Source: Cetorhinus maximus
Taxonomy: Eukaryota
Direction: 5' to 3'
Length of the DNA: 64,000 nt
Assembly: GCF_964194155.1 (NCBI RefSeq)
Contig: NC_135908.1
Location: 5,394,001 to 5,458,000, forward strand
In this document: in pieces, positions 13,072 through 26,188 of the stretch
How the letters are laid out: every line of letters starts with the position of its first letter
How positions within the stretch are numbered: the first letter of the stretch is position 1
Made by a program: the position numbers and the translations under genes
The notes under the pieces: model-generated
What the model saw: the letters and a program-made list of their open reading frames with translations, nothing else
Database searches by the model: none
Told to the model about the DNA's origin: nothing

Positions 13072-13485
13072 ATGGGCAGCATTGTTAGCTCTCAGTCAGT
13101 AGGTTGAAGATTCAAGTCCCACTCCAGCACTTGAGCACAAAAATATAGGCTGACTGCAGTACTGAGTGAGTGCTGCACTGTTGGAGGTGTCAGATGAGAT
13201 ATTAAACCAAAACCTGCCCTCCCAGGTAGATAGAAAAGACCCCATGGCACTAAAAGAAGCATGGTGGAGTTATCCTCTGTATCCTAGCCAATATTTATCC
13301 TTCAATCAACATCACTAAAACATTATCTGGCCACCATATATATAACACTGCTGTTTGTGGCAGCTTGCTGTGTGCAAATTGGCTGCCATGTTTCGTACAA
13401 TACAACAGTGACTTTGTTCAAAAATACCTCATTGGCTGTAAAGTACTTTGAGATCATGATCAGTGCTATATAAATGCAAGCCTTT
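13072..13485 (+). mobile_element. DeuSINE-like SINE
   Basis: tRNA-like head (GATTCAAGTCCCACTCCAG), Deu-like core GCTGTTTGTGGCAGCTTGCTGTGTGCAAATTGGCTGCC, tail GTGCTATATAAATGCAAG. Confidence 0.75.
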
Positions 13486-13532
13486 AGGAAGAATGTGGAT
13501 GACAATTAAATTATCTATTGTAACATGCTTTT

Positions 13533-13857
13533 GAGGAGGCTTTGTGGCACAGTGGTAGTGTCCCTACCTCTAGGCCAGAAGCTGTGGGTTCAAGACCCAC
13601 TTCAAGACTTGATGACCATGGAAGGTGTGTGCATAATAGGGCCAAGCATGTTGAATATCAGCCTGTAAATCCTTCCAATGTGCCTGATGGTAGGTGGCAA
13701 AAAGCAGGAGAGTTCCCTGGTCAGCCATACTGCAGAATGCAATGACAAACCATTGGCAGTGCTTTGCCAAGTGTAATCATGGACCAATCCAGTGGATGTC
13801 CATGGTCACCAGCACCCTCTTGGGGCATGGTACCTGGAGGAGGAGGAGGAGGAGGAA
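13533..13857 (+). mobile_element. tRNA-derived SINE with RTE-like tail ending in (GAG)n
   Basis: A box TGGCACAGTGG, B box GGTTCAAGACC; homologues at 37615-37825 (-) and 52625-52915 (+). Confidence 0.75.
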
Positions 13858-13939
13858 CATGCTTTTATGATAATTGAGATGTGATAAAAAGAAAATCTGT
13901 CAGTGCATCACGCTGCTTGCCATTCAAAGAATTGGCACT

Positions 13940-14300
13940 CAAGGGGGCACCACGAAAAGTTTTTTTTTTGGGGAGGGGGCGCTTACAAAAAGTTGGGGCT
14001 GCCCATTATTGACCAGCGCGTCCTCCAGCTGCTGCGCCTCCTGCCGGTCTCCAGCGGGAAGCGGCGGCCCTTTTTTTTTTGCCGCAGGAAGTGAGGCCGG
14101 AAGCTCGCGGTTGGGAGCCTGACAACCGGCGGTTGAAAGCGAAGGAGGCTGAGGGGGAGGGAAGGTAAGATGGAGGTGGGAGGATGGAGGGAGGGAGGAG
14201 GTGAGGGGGAAATGGTGTTCGCCTCAAATTCTCAGCTGCGCCGCCTCTCTGGGTAATAGTGAGAGGGAATTCCCCGGGGGGGGGAGAGGACGGCAGAGAT
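13940..14300 (+). promoter_or_regulatory. RCN2: RCN2 CpG-island promoter and putative non-coding exon 1 (donor GAAG|GTAAGA at 14164/14165)
   Basis: CpG-rich patch with tandem ETS motifs (CAGGAAGTG, CCGGAAG ~14085-14103) and a strong donor 4.2 kb upstream of the ATG exon. Confidence 0.65.
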
Positions 14301-14768
14301 TGAAGGGTTTGGTGTTGAACAGCAGCTGAAACCTCCTCCCATTCAACAAGACCCACCAACAGTTTATGCTTTTAAAACAAAGTTACTCCTGCCTTTAAGA
14401 ACATAGATTTTCCTCTTAAGTTTTTAAACCGTGTCGGTTTTCTCCTGTTAAAATTTAATCAATTTTGTCTAAAAAAAATATTAAGCTTTTTAAAAATAAT
14501 TTGTTCGTATATTTTACTCATTTTAAGTTTCTTTTTTTTTTCCCCCTGTATAAATCCGTTTTAAAAATGCTCTTCTTTCTGTGCAAATCCCTGTAAGTGA
14601 CATTTCATACAGAGCCCAGACCTAATGTTTAGAACCGGATTCCCATTACTGAACCTGTTGCCTTGTAATCGTCCAAGCTCGGCAGGTATAGGGCAAAACA
14701 TACCTTGTACTGTATAGAATATTATAGTCTGCAGAGCTAACTAATGGTATGTATGTGAAGTAAAGGAT

Positions 14769-14771
<3 letters not shown>

Positions 14772-14806
<35 letters not shown>
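14772..14806. repeat. (AT)n microsatellite
   Basis: Direct observation. Confidence 0.95.
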
Positions 14807-14807
<1 letters not shown>

Positions 14808-15484
14808 CACTTAACCAATTAAATCTGTAGGGAACACTAATATCTAATAATTGTAAATGGGGAAATTCTGTCTTTTCACTGCTATTGCCTGTAAATAGGC
14901 TTCAGAGTTGAACAGTCAGAAATTGGAAGATGATGAAACAAAAACAATACCTAATAATAAACTATTCAGTATATGTTTTGATAAAATGAAATGTTTTGCA
15001 GTGAGTCTGAGACTGCTTTAAGTCTATTCTGCTGACATTCATAAAATCCAGTTTATGATGGCTTCAAAACAAGCATTTTAAACGAAGCGTTGCTACGTTG
15101 AATTGTCTCAGTGCTTAACCCATCGAGTTGCTTCTTAAGTGCAAACTGTCATAGAATCATAGAAATTTAGAGTATGGAAGGAGACCATTCAGTCCATCAT
15201 GTCCACTTGATGTAGTTGTATATAGATTGTCGATACGTTTTGGAGAGGTCTCTGGTGTACTTCAGGTATTGTACATGCGTGTGTCACAGTTTAAAAATAA
15301 ATACATTTTTAAAAATTCTCTCTCTTTTCCCAAGATTAGATGAGACTAGTTGGTTTCTTCTAACACTGGGAGTGATTTAAAATTTACAAGCAGCTACCAG
15401 GTTAGAGAAATGTCCCCTCTCAACCACTCATCTCTAATTGGCCTCAGGATGTTCCTATTTCCAACAATTAAGACTTTTTTTTAT

Positions 15485-16128
15485 TCATTCATGGGATGTG
15501 GGCTTTGCTGGCTGGGCCAGCATTTATTTCCCATCCCTGGTTGCCCTTGAGAAGGTGGCGGTGAGCTGCCTTCTTGAACTGCTGCAGTCCATGTGGTGTA
15601 GGTACACTCACAGTGCTGTTAGGAAGGGAGTTCCAGGATTTTGACCCAGCAACAGTGAAGGAACGGTGATGTATTTCCAAGTCAGGATGGTGAGGGAGTT
15701 GGAGGGGAACCTCCAGGTGGTGGTGTTCCCATCTATCTGCTGCCCATGTCCTTCTAGATGGTAGTGGTCTTGGGTTTGAAATGTCCTGCCTAAGGACCCT
15801 TGATGAATTCCTGCAGTGCATCTTGTAGATGGTACACATTGCTGCTACTGTGCATTGGTGGTGAAGAGAGTGAATGTTTGTGGATGGGGTGCCAGTCAAG
15901 TGGGCTGCTTTGTCCTAGACGATGTCAAGCTTTTTGTGTTGTGGGAGCTGCACTCATCCAGGCAAGTGGAGAGTATTCCATCGCGCCCGTGACTTGTGCC
16001 TTGTAGATGGCGGACAGGCTTTGGTGATTCAGGAGGTGAGTTACTCATCACAGGATTCCTAGGCTCTGACCTGCTCTTGTAGCCACAGTATTTATATGGC
16101 TAGTTCAGTTCAGTTTCTGGTCAATGTC
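15485..16128 (-). mobile_element. LINE (CR1/L2-type) 3' fragment
   Basis: ORF 15489-15899 with IYKMHC..S and SFTVAGSKSWNSLP; family tail. Confidence 0.85.
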
Positions 16129-18367
16129 TTAAAGGGACACATCAGATCATGTGCAGCTCTACCCCCAAAAAAGCATGTTCCCCATTTACTGTGAGCAGTG
16201 TTGAAGGAGGGTTGCTGAATTTCTATTGTATTATAATTTGAAGAAAGCTTATTCTGCTGACACCCACTGAATCATGTCTGATTGTAGCTGCCAGTGAAAC
16301 TGTGTCCCAGCAGGAGTTGGAGCCTTCAAATGAGGAGAAAGAGAAAATAAATCTGAGGTGAATTCTTGGGTCATGTATGATAAACTAATGACTATTGTTG
16401 GTGACTACTCAGCTACTGTGCAGTCAAGTTTCTTCCTCCAAGCTTGTACATGCTTTTAAGAATGAAAATTACTCGGCAGTCTGTCTCAAGGCAATAATCT
16501 TTTCTCTTAAGACACATTGATAAATGGTAGCTATGCCATGAAGAGCAATAAATTATATAATTTATTAACACAAATGATGGGTCTTATAAATTTCCACAAG
16601 TAGACATAAGTATTGCTATGGTATGGCTTACAGGCTTAAAAAAAACATACCTTTCTGCCTCTTGCGTTCTAGTCATAATTGTCTGCTTTTCTTTTCGCAG
16701 TAGCACTGATTTTTGCATCGTTTTTAACTAGGCATGTCTAACAGAACTGTGTGCAGCTGTTAAACCGAGTGCTAAAATTTAGGCTTCTCACCAAAATATT
16801 TTGTTTGTGCCTCAGAACAAAAAACGAGCTTCCAGGCAAGCTGGTGATTTTTTTTTTAAGACTCAAAATTTGACCTGTTCTTGAAGTTTATCACGCAGCA
16901 ATGACTAGGGAGAATTACCAATCATTTTACCATTGAAGTATACGCCAGGAATGATGCAGCTTATACAATGTGTCCTCTATATCTCTCCAAATCAGTGGAA
17001 AATACAATGTTGAATTAAACAGCACTGAGAAGCCCATTTGTTCCAGAAAGTTGAGGACAAGAACTACTAATTAAGCTTATTGTAAGGAATAAAACTGTAC
17101 AAAAGTAAGAATAAAATCAATCAATAAAATAACAAATGTCGGCAAACAATGTTCCCCAAAGTTTCAACTTCTTAGCTGTTCTCTTCAACTTGGAAAAACT
17201 ATGACACATGAACCTCTCAGATTTTCTTGTAGCAATACTGCAAAATATGAAACTGAGGAGCATAGGGATCACATTCAATTATATTGCTTTGCTTTGATAA
17301 TCTAGTATAAGGTTTGAAATAGATATCCCTCCTAAATAATCCGAGATTGTCATACACTAATATACTTCCTGTAGTGAAAAATCAGATGAAAAGAACAGCA
17401 GAACAAGTTTAACAACTGTTGTTTAACCCAACTGAATCCCTCTGAATTAAATCCGGGTTCCAATTAAATTCCTGTGTGCAACCTTCAGATTGAGTCACTT
17501 TTAGACAATGGAAAAGTATATTTAGTTTTCAGTATACCATGCCAGGTGTATTTTTCACTTTTCCTGTCAACGTTTGATGTAAATCAGAGGCGTTCTTAAT
17601 TGTAGTAGCCATTTCTCTTCAAGGATTCAAGTTAGTAAATCAAGCAACAAATTCATGTCAAATACTGTAGAAATTCTTATAACTTGAAACAGGCTGGCTC
17701 CTACAGTCCATTTGACCTGCTGGAGTTGTGCAGGAGCAGTCCAGAAAGTCTTTCATTTTTTTGCACCTTCTTTTCATCTTTTGGAAAGGGGTCTAATCTT
17801 TGTCCCCTTGCCCTGCTGATAGTGAATTATGAGTGTGAATCTTATCCGTTGTACTCCCATTAGTTTGCTTTTAAGCCCTATTGTGATAGACAACACTTTT
17901 CATACCCCTTGTATTTATTGACTATGCTGAAACTTTTGTAAGTAATATCTTATTTTTCTTGGTTTTATTCATTTTATTACTGCTCTGAGGTATTTTACGA
18001 GCCAAGTGGTTAGTGATTTGGTTTTATTTATAACGATGTTGGCTTGCTGAGCATTCGTTTTGAATGTGTCATAGATTTTCTTAATTCCTGCAGGCTGTTT
18101 TATGCCAGAATCAACCAAGGCTGAGTTATGGCTTTTAAGTTTTGACATTACAATATCCCTGAAAGCAGGTTGTCTCCGTGACTATGGATGGTGTAAGGTT
18201 CAGAAAGACCCAACCTGGGAAATGGGAGAGGTGAACGTAAAAAAGAGTATTGCCTTCATGAGAAGTAACTATACAGAGGTGAATAGGAATAAGTTTTCAG
18301 TGTGAAATGACACAACCCTTTAATTTTTCTGCAGCCACTTTTGACATTGAAGCCTACCTGACAGAAA

Positions 18368-18517
18368 ATGCAGTTTCAAGTGTTGGTGAGCTGTACTTTT
18401 ATTGCGATGTGCTCAGCACATGTTCATCATAAACATGAGCCAGTTGTTGCTGAGGACCACTATATGGATAGTGAACACAGTTCAGAGTTCGATCGGGAAG
18501 TCCTGTTTGGCGGAGAG
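18368..18517 (+). CDS. RCN2: Reticulocalbin-2 coding exon 1 (MQFQVLVSCTFIAMCSAHVHHKH...EFDREVLFGGE)
   Basis: Acceptor TTTTTCTGCAG| ending 18334, ATG 18368, hydrophobic signal peptide, CREC-family F/YD+E.xLG motif, donor GAG|GTAGGA. Confidence 0.92.
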
Positions 18518-19565
18518 GTAGGAAATTCCATTCAGTCCTATTGACTCATTAGAATGGAAAGGGAGAATGTTAAAATATAAATTATTTAAAAATGTGATTC
18601 CCCCTGTTAAATACTTAGTCTTTTTTATTTTTAAGAATCCAACCTATTCTTTCTCATTACTCTTCTGAATGACATTTTGATAGTTACATATGCAAAAAAC
18701 TCAATTTTTAAAAAAAAAAGGCCTGAATCTTGCAGTCAGCAGCAAAGCTGACCTCGAAGAAAGCTAGCCACAAAGATCTAGCAATCTCCGTGGCGTGGTT
18801 TCCTCCTCTCCCGGAGTTTAAATGCGGTGCCAAGTCAAGGGAATGTTTTGTTGTGCAGCAGCCGTGATATCAGCAAGCAGGTAGGGAGTCAATCACTTTG
18901 GAGTATCCACAAACAGCAAACCAGGAAGTTAAAAGTACTTAATATCCACTTTTAATTTTTAGCTTTCAGACAGAGAAATGAAATATGATTGAATTAAGAT
19001 AGAAGCTAAAATAAAAGTAAACAAACTTAATTTTTGTTTGAAAAGTGAATTTTTTTTATCATTCTGGAGGAATTTGACATTTCACAAATATGAACCACAG
19101 AGACTGTTTGGCAGTAATTATGAAGTTAGTGCATTGTTAAAAACCCATTTACGCCTCATACATCAAGATGTAATTTTCACAAGGGCTCTTACAGCAGGAC
19201 TAACAGCGTAAGAATGGAAGTTTTTATCAATTAATAAAAAGATTGTTTGAAAACATGGAAGCGAAAATTATTGAAGAGCAAAATCTGAAAATTGACCTCC
19301 TTTATTAGTCTATTGATGGGAACAGATCACATGTTTTTTTAACTTTGGGATGCCTTCAATTTTGGCATCCAATGCATTTGTTTTGTCTGTTTGGCTTGCA
19401 TAAGGAAATCAACGGGGAATTAAAATAAGTATTTTTGCATATGGCACAGGCATTCTAAGAGAAACCCCCCTAACTGGTCTCATCTGTAAGTCTTCAGTAA
19501 AAATCTGGTTTTCACCAAACAAAGATAGGTGTGGCACACTCTTAAGTGCAACATAAATAACTGCA

Positions 19566-19885
19566 ACAAAACAAAAACAGAATTACCTGGAAAAACTCAG
19601 CAAGTCTGGCAGCATCGGCGGAGAAGAAATCAGTCAACGTTTCGAGCCTCCATGGCCCTTCGGCAGAACTGCAGCATAGTTTCAACAAGGGAGAAATATA
19701 AATATTTATATTTCTCCCTTGTTGAAACTATGCTGCAGTTCTGCCGAAGGGCCATGGAGGCTCGAAACGTTGACTGATTTCTTCTCCGCCGATGCTGCCA
19801 GACTTGCTGAGTTTTTCCAGGTAATTCTGTTCTTGTTTTGTTTTGGATTTCCAGCATCCGCAGTAGCTTTTAGCTTTTTGTTTTT
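19566..19885. mobile_element. Penelope-like fold-back insertion: ~278-bp spacerless palindrome + tail, 13-bp TSD
   Basis: Symmetry centre 19703/19704 (TATAAAT|ATTTATA); TSD ATAAATAACTGCA at 19553-19565 and 19886-19898. Confidence 0.9.
19736..19776 (+). ncRNA. Minimal type I hammerhead-like motif with variant core (CUGCCGA); mirror copy at 19631-19671 on -
   Basis: CAGUU-CUGCCGA-A-GGGCC(AUGGA)GGCUC-GAAAC-GUU-GACUG. Confidence 0.55.
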
Positions 19886-20021
19886 ATAAATAACTGCATG
19901 TGGTTAACATACGTTAGTGTAGTGGTTATGGTACAAACCTGTGTGGCCAACCTCAACACTGCTCTGAAAGCAACTTGATCTTGGAAGCTAAGCAGAATTA
20001 GGCTGGATAAGAACTTTTAAG

Positions 20022-20345
20022 ATAAAAGCAAAATACTGTGGATGCTGGTAATCTGAAATAAAAACAGAAAATGCCGGAAAAATTCAGCAGGTCTGGCAGC
20101 ATCTATGGAGAGAGATGGTGACTAACAGTTAACTGCCAACCATTGTTGGCTGTCAGTCACCATCACTGGTGCATTCTACATGGCAACACCTCTACCAATC
20201 AGTGTCCGCTTGCCAACCAATCAGTACTCATTCACATACAGTATAAATTGTTTTTTCCCCCCTTATACTGGTATTCTTGCGAAGTATCCTGATGAGCGCA
20301 AGACGAAAAGCATCAACATATCTCCTTTTTTCAGCAATACTCAAG
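20022..20345. mobile_element. Two adjacent Penelope-like fragments; the second has a degenerate hammerhead core (CUGAUGA-GCGCAAGAC-GAAA at ~20289-20308)
   Basis: 20022-20115 matches the family terminus on -; 20180-20345 has CCAATCAG repeats and the ribozyme core. Confidence 0.55.
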
Positions 20346-20592
20346 TTCTGTACTACCAAATGACTTGTATTTCTTTAAACCACATACACAAGAGATGCTG
20401 GTACCAACCTAATGTCAACCCCAATCTGGCGAAAGACAATCTGTGTCTTGTATGAAGTACCGAAGCACATTATTTTTGTGTGCCACATGGACTTCTGAGA
20501 GGACTTTGTTCTTGCTTCCATTCATAAGTAGAGGATTAGAAAGCGTTTTGTCTGCAATAAGCTATTTGTGTGATGTTCATTCTATTTCTTAG

Positions 20593-20698
20593 AAAGAAGT
20601 TGGGGAACTTGCTAAATTAAGCCCCGAAGAACAACAATCCCGACTCAAATCCCTCATCAAGAAGATGGATGCAAATGCAGACGGCTTCGTAACCAAAG
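20593..20698 (+). CDS. RCN2: RCN2 coding exon 2 (KEVGELAKLSPEEQQSRLKSLIKKMDANADGFVTK; EF-hand 1)
   Basis: AG|...|GT, 106 nt, frame-consistent, DxNxDG loop. Confidence 0.96.
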
Positions 20699-21405
20699 GT
20701 GAGAAATGGTTTAGATACCAATCTTATAATGAGTGCTGAAATGACAGACGTTGACTTAATATTCTCTGCAGAAACAAATTCACTTTTGAAGTAAGTATCT
20801 TACTGTAATTATTACTTAATTTCCACTTACATCACAGAACCCCTACTTGAAGTGATTCTGTGATAGCCTTGAATTGCTGCTGGTGAATCTGACCTGTATA
20901 CATGATATTCCATAGCACCGGGCACAACAGATAAATGACTCTGTATTCACAGTTTTGCATATACATGTTGTTTGAAAGCCATAATTCACAACTGAACCTT
21001 ACAGTTCATGAACATTCTCAAGACAAAACAGAAATACACAAGCATTTTTTCATTACACATACGTGACTTTTTCGCATCTTGCCAGTATTTTAACCTCATA
21101 GAACTAGATTCTAACATGTTTCAAATATATATGAACAATTTATTATATCAGGCACAACAATACCTTCATACAACTTATAAACCCAACTGCATAACACGTG
21201 AATCGCTCCATTCTTGTGAAACGCTGAAAAAATTTTTTTAAGAATAAATGGCGTCCTATTCTTCAGTGAGAGGACTGCTAGGATATAGGGGATAGTGCAT
21301 GCAAAAAGGAAATTCAAAGAGTAGGTTGTTTATCTCAATAAACTCTTATAACTCACAGGAAATAGGAAAGCTGCACCTATATAAGTCACTCTTTATTTGC
21401 CACAG

Positions 21406-21602
21406 GTGAACTTAGTGGATGGATCCAGCAGTCATTCAAACATTATGCCACAGAGGAGAGCAAAGAACAGTTTCCAGAGCATGACCTGGATGGCAACGGA
21501 GTTGTTACATGGGAAGAGTACAACATTCATAGTTATGACCGAATGCTAGATTATGATGAGAATACTCCAATGGACGATGAAGAGGAGGAATCCCTCAGGC
21601 AG
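21406..21602 (+). CDS. RCN2: RCN2 coding exon 3 (ELSGWIQQSFKHYA...DLDGNGVVTWEEY...EEESLRQ)
   Basis: 197 nt, canonical splice sites, WIQ.SFKHYA typical of RCN2. Confidence 0.97.
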
Positions 21603-22064
21603 GTGAGAAAAGGAAATTTATTCATTTTAGTTATAATGCCACTACATTTTTTTTTGAAAAGCGGAACCAAACATGAAGATAAATTTTAATAATCTACAAA
21701 TCACAAAATTAATTGCTCTGTCTTTCCATGGATTTTCAGTGCATACTCAATGTTTGGATTTCAGTGTTCCAGATAGTGAGACTTGGAGTATGCATTTTTG
21801 CTTTATTGCTGTAGTGCAAGTTATTCTCAAATTTTCTGTCAAGAATTTTCACAGTCCCATGCAGTGTCTTTCTTTAGAACCATTCTGAGCACTGCTCCAA
21901 CAAATCATTGTACTTTAAATGGTAGAAGTCAGAACTGAAAGTTGTGGACCATGCCCTTCGAAACATAGGAAGTAGGAGCAGGTGTAAGCCATTCAGCCTC
22001 TTGAGTCTGCTCCACCATTCAGCTAGATCATGGTTAGTCTACCTCGGTGCAATTTTTTTAATGC

Positions 22065-22448
22065 TTTCATGGGATGTGGGCGTCACTGGCAAGGCCAGCA
22101 TTTGTTGCCCATCCCTAAATGCCCTTGAACTTTGTGGTTTCTTAGGCTATTCAATAGGGCAGTTCAGAGTCAAAAACATTGCCGTGGGTCTGGAGTTGCA
22201 TGTTGGCCATACCAAGTAAGGATGGCAGATTTCCTTCCCTAAGGGACATTAGTGAACCAGATGGGTTTTTAACACCAATCAAAGATAGTTTCATAGCCAC
22301 CCATTACTGAGGCTAGCTTCCAGATTTATTAACTGAATTCAAATTCCATCGGTTGCTGTGGTGGGACTTGAACCCATGTCCCCAGAGCCTTGGCCTGGGT
22401 CTCCAGATTATTAGCCCAGCAACATTGCCACTACGGCACTGTCTCCCC
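22065..22448 (-). mobile_element. tRNA-derived SINE sharing its 3' tail with the CR1/L2-type LINE, nested in a CR1 fragment (~21960-22950, -)
   Basis: Full homology with copies at 26765, 43115, 54890, 57655 and 61250. Confidence 0.8.
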
Positions 22449-25400
22449 ACGTTCCCGCACTATCCCTATATCCCTTGATGTCTTTCAAATCTATCAGTCT
22501 CTGTCTTTAACACATTCAACGCCTAAGCCTCCACAGCCCTCTGGGGTGGAGCATTCTAAAGATTCACCACCCTCTGAGTGAAAAAAATCCCCCTCATTTC
22601 TGACCAAAATGGCCACCCCTCATTTGACACTGTGTCCCCTGGTTCTCAAATCCCCCCCATTCCTTCCTCCATCTACTTTGTCAAGCCCTGTGAGAATTTT
22701 GTATGTTTCAATGAGATCACCTTTCATTCTTCTGAACTCTCGAGGATACAGGCCCAGCCTCCTCAATCCCTCCTCACAGGACGATCCCACCATCCCAGGA
22801 ATCAGTCCAGTGAACTTTTATCGCAATCCTATGGCAAGTATATCATTCCTTAGATAAGGAGACCAAAACTGTACACAATATTCCAGGTGCAGTCTCACTA
22901 ACGCTGTATACAATTGGAGCAAGAAATCTTTATTCCTGTGCTAAAATCCATTGCACAAATTTGTTATCCTAATAATAAGCTGGCACTCTATTGCAGTACT
23001 GAAGGAGGTCTGCTTTGCCGGATGTGATAAATTATTTAGCTAAATGTTAAACAGAACCACCTGCTCAGCTGAGATTTTATTTGAAGAACAAAGTTATTTT
23101 GGGATCCTGACCTACACTTCTGCCTCAACCACACACAGATTAACTTGTTATTTATCTCATTACTTTTTGTGGTACCATGCTGTGTTGAAAATAGCTGCTG
23201 AGCTTGCATCCATAATAGCCAATGGACTTCAAAGTTTGTGAAGAATTTTGAAATGCTTTTGAAAGATGTCGTAAGGTGCTACAAGAATGCAGATCTATCT
23301 TTTGCTTTGTTATACAGAGAGCTGAATGTAATGTTGTGCTGTGATTTCTCATGGGGAACTCCTGATTTTAAATATACCATTCTGGGCAGTTGAATGTTGA
23401 AGGCCAAGTTGTTTTCCATAGGAATCCAGTGGAGAAAAAAATTCTATGAATCTAATGACTGAATAAAACTCTGGGTTTCAGGAGAGGGGATGATGCTGAA
23501 TTCCAGCTACAACCAGGTCCTCCATTACGTGGGATGTGGATGGAGGCCAGGAACAATGCGCATCAGCCCATTACCACTGCTTTAGTGACTTTCCTATATC
23601 AACATGACTAAGAAGCCAAGAACAGTATACAAAGATATAGGAGTAAAGTTTTCACTAGGTTACATAGATTTTCCAGTGCCTGAAATTGGCCAAATTCGTG
23701 CAAAGGATCAAAGAATTTAAAACACAAGTTCTGTCCAGTCCAAGTTGAGTTTCTGAGATCTTTTATGGTATGAAAACATCATACTTAAAGCCCAGATCGA
23801 CTTTATCAACATGGCAAGTTTCTGTTATCGTTTTCAGTTATTTCAAATCAGGTTACTCAAAGCTGGTGGAGAAACACTCTTAGTAAAAATAGTCTCTTGT
23901 GATAAACCCATTTTTTAGCTGTGTTAATAAACTGCATCAGGTTACGGCCCTTAAATTTATCAAGGAATATTTTTTAACGCAAGGAGAAAAAATAAACAAT
24001 TGAGTTCTAAAACACTGTGCTGGTTCATGGAAAGTTTTACATTTGTGATTATACAAATGAGCAGAATCTTGACCCTTCACTTCAGAAAATTAACACAATT
24101 TGCCTCCGAATTGTGGATTGCTCCCAAAGCAGAAACCCTACCCCTCAAACCTTGAGGCTGTTTAGAAAATTCCATCTCTCAGAGAACTATTTTGTTGCTT
24201 TACCCATTTGGCCTCATAGCTAGGAAACGTTATTTCTTGTGTATCACATACCTGCAGGATTTTATTGATTGTCTGGATTTTGAGAAACTAATCAGGAAAA
24301 GAAAGGTTGGACAAAGAAGGCAAGAAGAAAGGGAAAAATAGAATCACATTTCTTGTACTGCCACGAATACTTTCCTGACTGACATAAGCTAACCCAATGT
24401 AGATCTGGAATTCACCCTCAAAATTGTTCTGAGAGAATCACACACACTGCCTTTTTCAACGGAGTCATTGGGATTCTGAAATGTAGGAAATATGACTGTC
24501 ATTAAATATGTCATCAAAGGTTTACATTCCACATATAATATTGCATTGGAGCATCAATGTGCTTGACAAGGAGTGGAAGGAGGTAGGTTTGTGCCTGTGA
24601 TTGATTCATAATTCACCTCATAGGGATAATGGAGCCAAGTTTTAAAGTCTCATCTAAAAGACGGCACCTCCGCCAGTGCAGCACTCCCTCAGTACTGCAC
24701 TGGGTGTCGGTCTGGATTATGTATGAATGGGATTTGAACCCACAAAACTTCAGAGGTGACAATAGTACCACTGAGCCAAGGCTAACAGTGATAATCCTGA
24801 GTTTGTATGTTCTTGTTACTGATTAATCACAGTACAAATAAACTTTCACTCTGGCCTCTGATAATCTTGAAAGATTTGTTAGAGTTCTGATAAACCGTTT
24901 ATGCCCCAGTGAAAAATTCTGTAATTTTTCTGCTCTTTTCTCATAATTATAATTTCTCCTTCCTTATATCAACCTAGTAAATCTTCATTTCAATGATTGT
25001 AATATCCTTCCTGTTTATCTGACCTCTGAAATTCCACACAGTACCCCAACTGTGGCCTAACCAATATTGTGTACAACTTCAACATTAGCTTATGGATTTT
25101 ACTTTCAATTCCATTGTTTTTAACCAAAAACACAGCATTACATTTGTCTTTTTTCTGTTACCTATTCTATCTGCATCACACTTTTCAAGATCTGTGCATC
25201 TGGGCCTCTTCCTTTTCATCTCCCTGTTCCTCCAATTTAAGAATCTCGTCGCTTATAGTGTTACTGCTTTTTGTGTTGATTTTCACAAAATGTGAAAACT
25301 TCTGATTTTTCCTGCATCGAACAGTGAATGCAATTTCTTAAGTGGGACTTGAACCCACAGTCTTATCATGCGGAGGCGAGATGCTATGACTGTGTCAAGG

Positions 25401-25615
25401 CTGATATCTAATTAAGGATAAAAATAAATTTGATTAGCATTCCAGAAGTCTTTGAGAGGAAAGGATAACCTTTTTTGTTTGGTATATTAAAACCAGAAAC
25501 TGGAATGACAAATGTATCATTTACCCAGTTTGTCTGGTATCTGAGTAACATGTTTCTCAAGTCTACTGAATCAGAAAAAATAAAGTTTCTTAACTTTCTT
25601 AATCTCTGTCTCTAG

Positions 25616-25729
25616 ATTTTTTTGAAAGATAAAAAGCGATTTGAGAAAGCAAACATTGATGAGTTACCAGGACTGACTCTGACAGAATTTGTAGCATTTG
25701 AACACCCAGAAGAAGCTGATTATATGAAG
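25616..25729 (+). CDS. RCN2: RCN2 coding exon 4 ([38 protein letters not shown])
   Basis: 114 nt; KDKKRFEKA and AFEHPEE motifs; TCTAG| and |GTGAGT. Confidence 0.97.
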
Positions 25730-26091
25730 GTGAGTTAAAGTACATTGTTTATTGTGTAAGTTATATTATATAATGGTTACCAATATGTGAATAGAGGATT
25801 CTTATGATCTTATAAATAAGTCTAGTCTGTGGAACCTCACCATTTGTGGATATTGCTGGTGCTTCATTTAAGCTGTTCACTGCACGCCATTCAAAGGTAT
25901 AAGCCTGGGTAACCAAGGAAGCAAATCAGCCAGTTAAGGAATCTTCCCATTTATCTTCTAGTTTATGCTGGAGTAGAGTTTCATGGGCACTGAAATCCCC
26001 CAGGACCTTCAACTGTAGGTGACATCACAACTGAGATTGATTGCATGTCCACCTAATGTCAATACAAATGTTTTTAACTTTCAAATTGCAG

Positions 26092-26188
26092 GACTATGTC
26101 ATACAGGATGCTTTAGATGAACATGATCGTGACAAAGATGGGTTCGTCAGCTTAGAGGAATACCTTGGTGACTATAGAAAAGACCCAG
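26092..26188 (+). CDS. RCN2: RCN2 coding exon 5 (DYVIQDALDEHDRDKDGFVSLEEYLGDYRKDP)
   Basis: 97 nt; EF-hand; canonical splice sites. Confidence 0.97.

Noticed and set aside
19529-19857. Two near-identical ORFs on opposite strands
   Set aside because: Consequence of the palindrome, not protein genes.
19940-20010. 5S rRNA-like stretch (TGATCTTGGAAGCTAAGCAG)
   Set aside because: Too short and diverged to call; at most a decayed 5S-derived SINE head.
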